Part shown: positions 6,840-10,201 of the stretch, one piece after another
Layout: each line of letters starts with the position of its first letter
Numbering within the stretch: position 1 is the stretch's first letter
The notes under the pieces: generated by a model
Databases searched by the model: none
Seen by the model: the letters and a program-made list of their open reading frames with translations, nothing else
Told to the model about the DNA's origin: nothing
Translations under genes and position numbers: made by a program
Virus record (IMG/VR): IMGVR_UViG_2558860904_000026
Coordinates: 1 to 10,201 of that record
Strand: one strand, 5' to 3'
Source: a virus
Lineage: Duplodnaviria; Heunggongvirae; Uroviricota; Caudoviricetes
Length of the DNA: 10,201 nucleotides

Positions 6840-9758
6840 ATGGCAGCAGTACAAATATCAGGCGTGCTGAAAGATGGTGCGGGAAAACCAATACAGAACT
6901 GCACCATTCAACTGAAAGCCAGACGTAACAGCACCACGGTGGTGGTGAACACGGTGGCCTCTGAAAATCCGGATGAGGCAGGGCGTTACAGCATGGACGT
7001 CGAGTATGGTCAGTACAGCGTCATTCTGTTGGTGGAAGGGTTCCCGCCGTCACATGCCGGGACCATCACCGTGTATGAAGATTCTCAACCCGGTACGCTG
7101 AATGATTTTCTTGGTGCCATGACTGAGGATGATGTCCGTCCGGAGGCACTGCGCCGTTTTGAGCTGATGGTGGAAGAGGTGGCGCGTAACGCGTCCGCGG
7201 TGGCACAGAACACGGCAGCCGCGAAGAAGTCAGCCAGCGATGCCAGCACATCAGCCCGTGAGGCGGCAACCCATGCGACTGATGCTGCGGACTCAGCACG
7301 CGCAGCCAGCACGTCAGCCGGACAGGCCGCGTCGTCGGCTCAGTCAGCGTCTTCCAGCGCAGGAACGGCATCAACAAAGGCTACTGAAGCATCAAAAAGT
7401 GCTGCCGCTGCAGAGTCCTCAAAAAGCGCGGCGGCTACCAGTGCCGGTGCGGCGAAAACGTCAGAAACGAATGCGGCAGTGTCACAACAATCAGCCGCCA
7501 CTTCTGCATCCACCGCGACCACGAAAGCGTCAGAAGCTGCCTCCTCAGCCAGGGATGCGTCGGCTTCAAAAGAGGCGGCAAAATCATCAGAAACGAGCGC
7601 AGCCTCGAGCGCCAGTAGTGCAGCCTCCTCGGCAACGGCGGCAGGCAATTCCGCGAAGGCGGCCAAAACGTCTGAGACAAACGCTAAGTCCTCTGAAACG
7701 GCAGCAGAACAGAGTGCCTCCGCAGCAGCAGGCTCAAAAACAGCGGCTGCATTATCTGCCAGTGCCGCGTCAACAAGTGCCGGGCAGGCCTCAGCCAGTG
7801 CCACCGCCGCCGGAAAATCGGCAGAAAGTGCCGCATCGTCTGCTTCAACAGCCACAACGAAGGCTGGCGAAGCCACTGAACAGGCCAGCGCAGCAGCGAG
7901 TTCTGCTTCCGCAGCGAAGACATCCGAAACGAACGCGAAAGCGTCGGAAACCAGCGCAGAATCCTCAAAAACGGCTGCCGCATCGTCAGCCAGTTCGGCG
8001 GCGTCATCGGCATCATCTGCGTCTGCTTCAAAAGATGAGGCGACCAGACAAGCGTCAGCAGCGAAGAGCAGCGCCACGACGGCATCCACGAAGGCGACAG
8101 AGGCAGCTGGTAGTGCGACGGCAGCAGCTCAGAGCAAAAGTACGGCGGAATCTGCAGCAACGCGCGCTGAGACAGCGGCAAAACGGGCAGAGGATATTGC
8201 ATCCGCCGTGGCGCTTGAGGATGCGAGCACGACGAAAAAGGGGATAGTACAGCTCAGCAGTGCGACTAACAGCACTTCCGAGTCACTGGCGGCAACGCCA
8301 AAAGCCGTTAAGGCCGCGTATGAGCTGGCTAACGGGAAATACACCGCACAGGATGCAACGACAGCACAGAAAGGGATAGTTCAGCTTAGCAACGCGACCA
8401 ACAGCACATCTGAAATGCTGGCGGCAACGCCAAAGTCGGTAAAGGCAGCCTATGACCTTGCTAACGGGAAATATACTGCTCAGGACGCTACGACAGCACA
8501 AAAAGGAATTGTCCAGCTCAGTAGTGCAACCAACAGCGCATCTGAAACGCTTGCCGCGACACCGAAAGCAGTGAAAGCAGCTAATGATAATGCGAATGGT
8601 CGGGTACCTTCTGCCCGTAAGGTGAATGGTAAGGCGCTTTCATCGGATATAACACTGACGCCGAAAGATATTGGTACGCTTAACTCAACAACAATGTCAT
8701 TCAGCGGTGGTGCTGGTTGGTTCAAATTAGCAACGGTAACCATGCCACAGGCGAGTTCTGTTGTTTCAATTACGTTGATTGGTGGCGCGGGATTTAACGT
8801 GGGGTCACCTCAACAGGCAGGTATATCTGAACTTGTTTTGCGTGCAGGTAATGGTAATCCGAAGGGGATTACTGGTGCTTTATGGCAGCGCACATCGACA
8901 GGGTTTACAAATTTTGCCTGGGTCAATACATCTGGTGATACTTACGATATTTACGTTGCAATCGGAAATTATGCGACTGGTGTAAATATTCAATGGGATT
9001 ATACCAGTAATGCCAGCGTGACGATTCATACGTCACCAGCATATTCTGCTAATAAGCCGGAAGGGTTAACGGACGGTACAGTTTATTCACTCTATACGCC
9101 ATCAGAGCAGTTTTATCCGCCTGGCGCACCAATCCCGTGGCCATCAGATACCGTTCCGTCTGGCTATGCCCTGATGCAGGGGCAGACTTTTGACAAATCT
9201 GCATACCCGAAACTTGCAGCCGCTTATCCGTCAGGCGTGATCCCTGATATGCGTGGCTGGACGATTAAGGGCAAACCTGCCAGTGGTCGGGCCGTATTGT
9301 CTCAGGAACAGGACGGCATTAAATCGCACACCCACAGCGCCAGCGCATCCAGTACGGATTTGGGGACGAAAACCACATCGTCGTTTGATTACGGCACTAA
9401 ATCCACGAATAACACCGGGGCGCACACGCACAGTGTGAGCGGTACAGCCGCAAGTGCCGGAAACCATACTCATAGTGTCACAGGCGCATCAGCAGTCAGC
9501 CAGTGGTCACAAAATGGGTCAGTACATAAGGTAGTGTCTGCGGCCAGTGTGAATACAAGTGCTGCAGGAGCGCACACTCATAGTGTCAGCGGCACAGCTG
9601 CATCTGCAGGTGCTCACGCACATACTGTCGGTATTGGTGCTCATACGCACTCTGTTGCGATTGGCTCACATGGACACACCATCACCGTTAACGCTGCGGG
9701 TAACGCGGAAAACACTGTCAAAAACATCGCATTTAACTACATTGTGAGGCTTGCATAA
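6840..9758 (+). CDS. stf: Side tail fibre protein Stf, 972 aa, with lambda-like N-terminus, long Ala/Ser/Thr-rich low-complexity region, three tandem 44-aa repeats and His-rich C-terminal tip
   Basis: ATG at 6840 with SD GGAG (6831-6834); the track start at 6834 is GTG with no spacer. N-terminus [39 protein letters not shown]... matches the lambda Stf N-terminus as recalled. C-terminal repeats [15 protein letters not shown] with H-x-H motifs are typical of phage fibre tips. Stop TAA at 9756-9758. Confidence 0.9.
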   Translation: MAAVQISGVLKDGAGKPIQNCTIQLKARRNSTTVVVNTVASENPDEAGRYSMDVEYGQYSVILLVEGFPPSHAGTITVYEDSQPGTLNDFLGAMTEDDVRPEALRRFELMVEEVARNASAVAQNTAAAKKSASDASTSAREAATHATDAADSARAASTSAGQAASSAQSASSSAGTASTKATEASKSAAAAESSKSAAATSAGAAKTSETNAAVSQQSAATSASTATTKASEAASSARDASASKEAAKSSETSAASSASSAASSATAAGNSAKAAKTSETNAKSSETAAEQSASAAAGSKTAAALSASAASTSAGQASASATAAGKSAESAASSASTATTKAGEATEQASAAASSASAAKTSETNAKASETSAESSKTAAASSASSAASSASSASASKDEATRQASAAKSSATTASTKATEAAGSATAAAQSKSTAESAATRAETAAKRAEDIASAVALEDASTTKKGIVQLSSATNSTSESLAATPKAVKAAYELANGKYTAQDATTAQKGIVQLSNATNSTSEMLAATPKSVKAAYDLANGKYTAQDATTAQKGIVQLSSATNSASETLAATPKAVKAANDNANGRVPSARKVNGKALSSDITLTPKDIGTLNSTTMSFSGGAGWFKLATVTMPQASSVVSITLIGGAGFNVGSPQQAGISELVLRAGNGNPKGITGALWQRTSTGFTNFAWVNTSGDTYDIYVAIGNYATGVNIQWDYTSNASVTIHTSPAYSANKPEGLTDGTVYSLYTPSEQFYPPGAPIPWPSDTVPSGYALMQGQTFDKSAYPKLAAAYPSGVIPDMRGWTIKGKPASGRAVLSQEQDGIKSHTHSASASSTDLGTKTTSSFDYGTKSTNNTGAHTHSVSGTAASAGNHTHSVTGASAVSQWSQNGSVHKVVSAASVNTSAAGAHTHSVSGTAASAGAHAHTVGIGAHTHSVAIGSHGHTITVNAAGNAENTVKNIAFNYIVRLA
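8236..8631 (+). repeat. Three tandem 132-bp (44-codon) repeats inside stf
   Basis: Units begin at about 8241, 8373 and 8505 (gggatagtac / gggatagttc / ggaattgtcc). They encode [45 protein letters not shown] and two variants; the third copy diverges at its end. Confidence 0.8.
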
Positions 9759-10201
9759 TGGCATTCAGAATGAGTGAACAACCACGGACCATAAAAATTT
9801 ATAATCTGCTGACCGGAACTAATGAATTTATTGGTGAAGGTGACGCATATATTCCGCCTCATACAGGTCTGCCAGCAAACAGTACCTATATTGCACCGCC
9901 AGATATTCCGGCTGGCTTCGTGGCTGTTTTCAACAGTGATGAGTCATCGTGGCATCTCGTTGAAGATCATCGGGGTAAAACGGTTTATGACGTGGCTTCC
10001 GGCGACGCGTTATTTATTTCTGAACTCGGCTCATTACCGGAAAATGTTACCTGGTTATCGCCGGAAGGGGAGTTTCAGAAGTGGAACGGCACAGCCTGGG
10101 TGAAAGATGCAGAAGCAGAAAAACTGTTCCGGATCCGGGAGGCGGAAGAAACAAAAAACAGCCTGATGCAGGTAGCCAGTGAGCATATTGCGCCACTTCA
10201 G
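9758..10201 (+). CDS. tfa: Tail fibre assembly chaperone Tfa, N-terminal 148 codons; gene runs off the window end
   Basis: ATG at 9758-9760 overlaps the stf stop (TAATG); SD GAGG at 9746-9749. Translation [78 protein letters not shown]... matches lambda Tfa as recalled. No stop within the window, so it is absent from the ORF track. Confidence 0.9.
   Translation, partial: MAFRMSEQPRTIKIYNLLTGTNEFIGEGDAYIPPHTGLPANSTYIAPPDIPAGFVAVFNSDESSWHLVEDHRGKTVYDVASGDALFISELGSLPENVTWLSPEGEFQKWNGTAWVKDAEAEKLFRIREAEETKNSLMQVASEHIAPLQ

Noticed and set aside
7340-8089. 249-aa Ala/Asp-rich ORF on the - strand antisense to stf (also 7066-7377, 7085-7312, 7435-7680, 7684-8202, 8129-8344, 8283-8501, 8480-8743)
   Set aside because: Antisense and off-frame ORFs produced by the low-complexity repeat region of stf; no start or RBS context, and stf homology explains the region.
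7240-8247. 335-aa Arg/Pro/Gln-rich ORF on the + strand inside stf, in an alternative frame
   Set aside because: It lies wholly within the stf coding region in another frame; the repetitive GC-rich Ala/Ser codons of stf keep off-frames open. The extreme composition is an artefact, not a gene.
8236-8631. Tandem 132-bp repeats considered as a possible CRISPR or other repeat array
   Set aside because: The repeats are in-frame coding sequence of stf (44-aa units), are contiguous without spacers, and diverge like protein repeats; not CRISPR.
9231-9747. ORFs 9231-9473 (-), 9253-9438 (+), 9559-9747 (+) within the stf 3' region
   Set aside because: Off-frame or antisense to stf; explained by the His-rich repeat coding sequence.
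9822-10103. 93-aa + strand ORF in the tfa region
   Set aside because: Out of frame with the tfa reading frame, which starts at 9758 and matches lambda Tfa; the ORF is an off-frame artefact.

Overview
The window reads as the distal end of a degraded lambdoid prophage inserted into the 5' end of dusA, with host flank on the left. Positions 1-1318 hold an AT-rich hypothetical gene and its terminator; 1319-1423 encode the first ~35 codons of DusA and then diverge, marking the junction. Inside the element come two plus-strand cargo genes (a GNAT-like protein and a 57-aa protein), then a minus-strand early-region block: a PrtN-like regulator, a disrupted DnaQ-like exonuclease, a methyltransferase with an in-frame amber codon, a hypothetical protein, an HD phosphohydrolase and a 5'-truncated gene. 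A deletion scar joins this block directly to a C-terminal fragment of a J-like tail tip protein, followed by lom, a 972-aa side tail fibre gene (stf) and the start of tfa. No rRNA, tRNA, CRISPR array or IS element was recognised. Protein calls rest on my reading of the translations and recalled family motifs; no database search was run.
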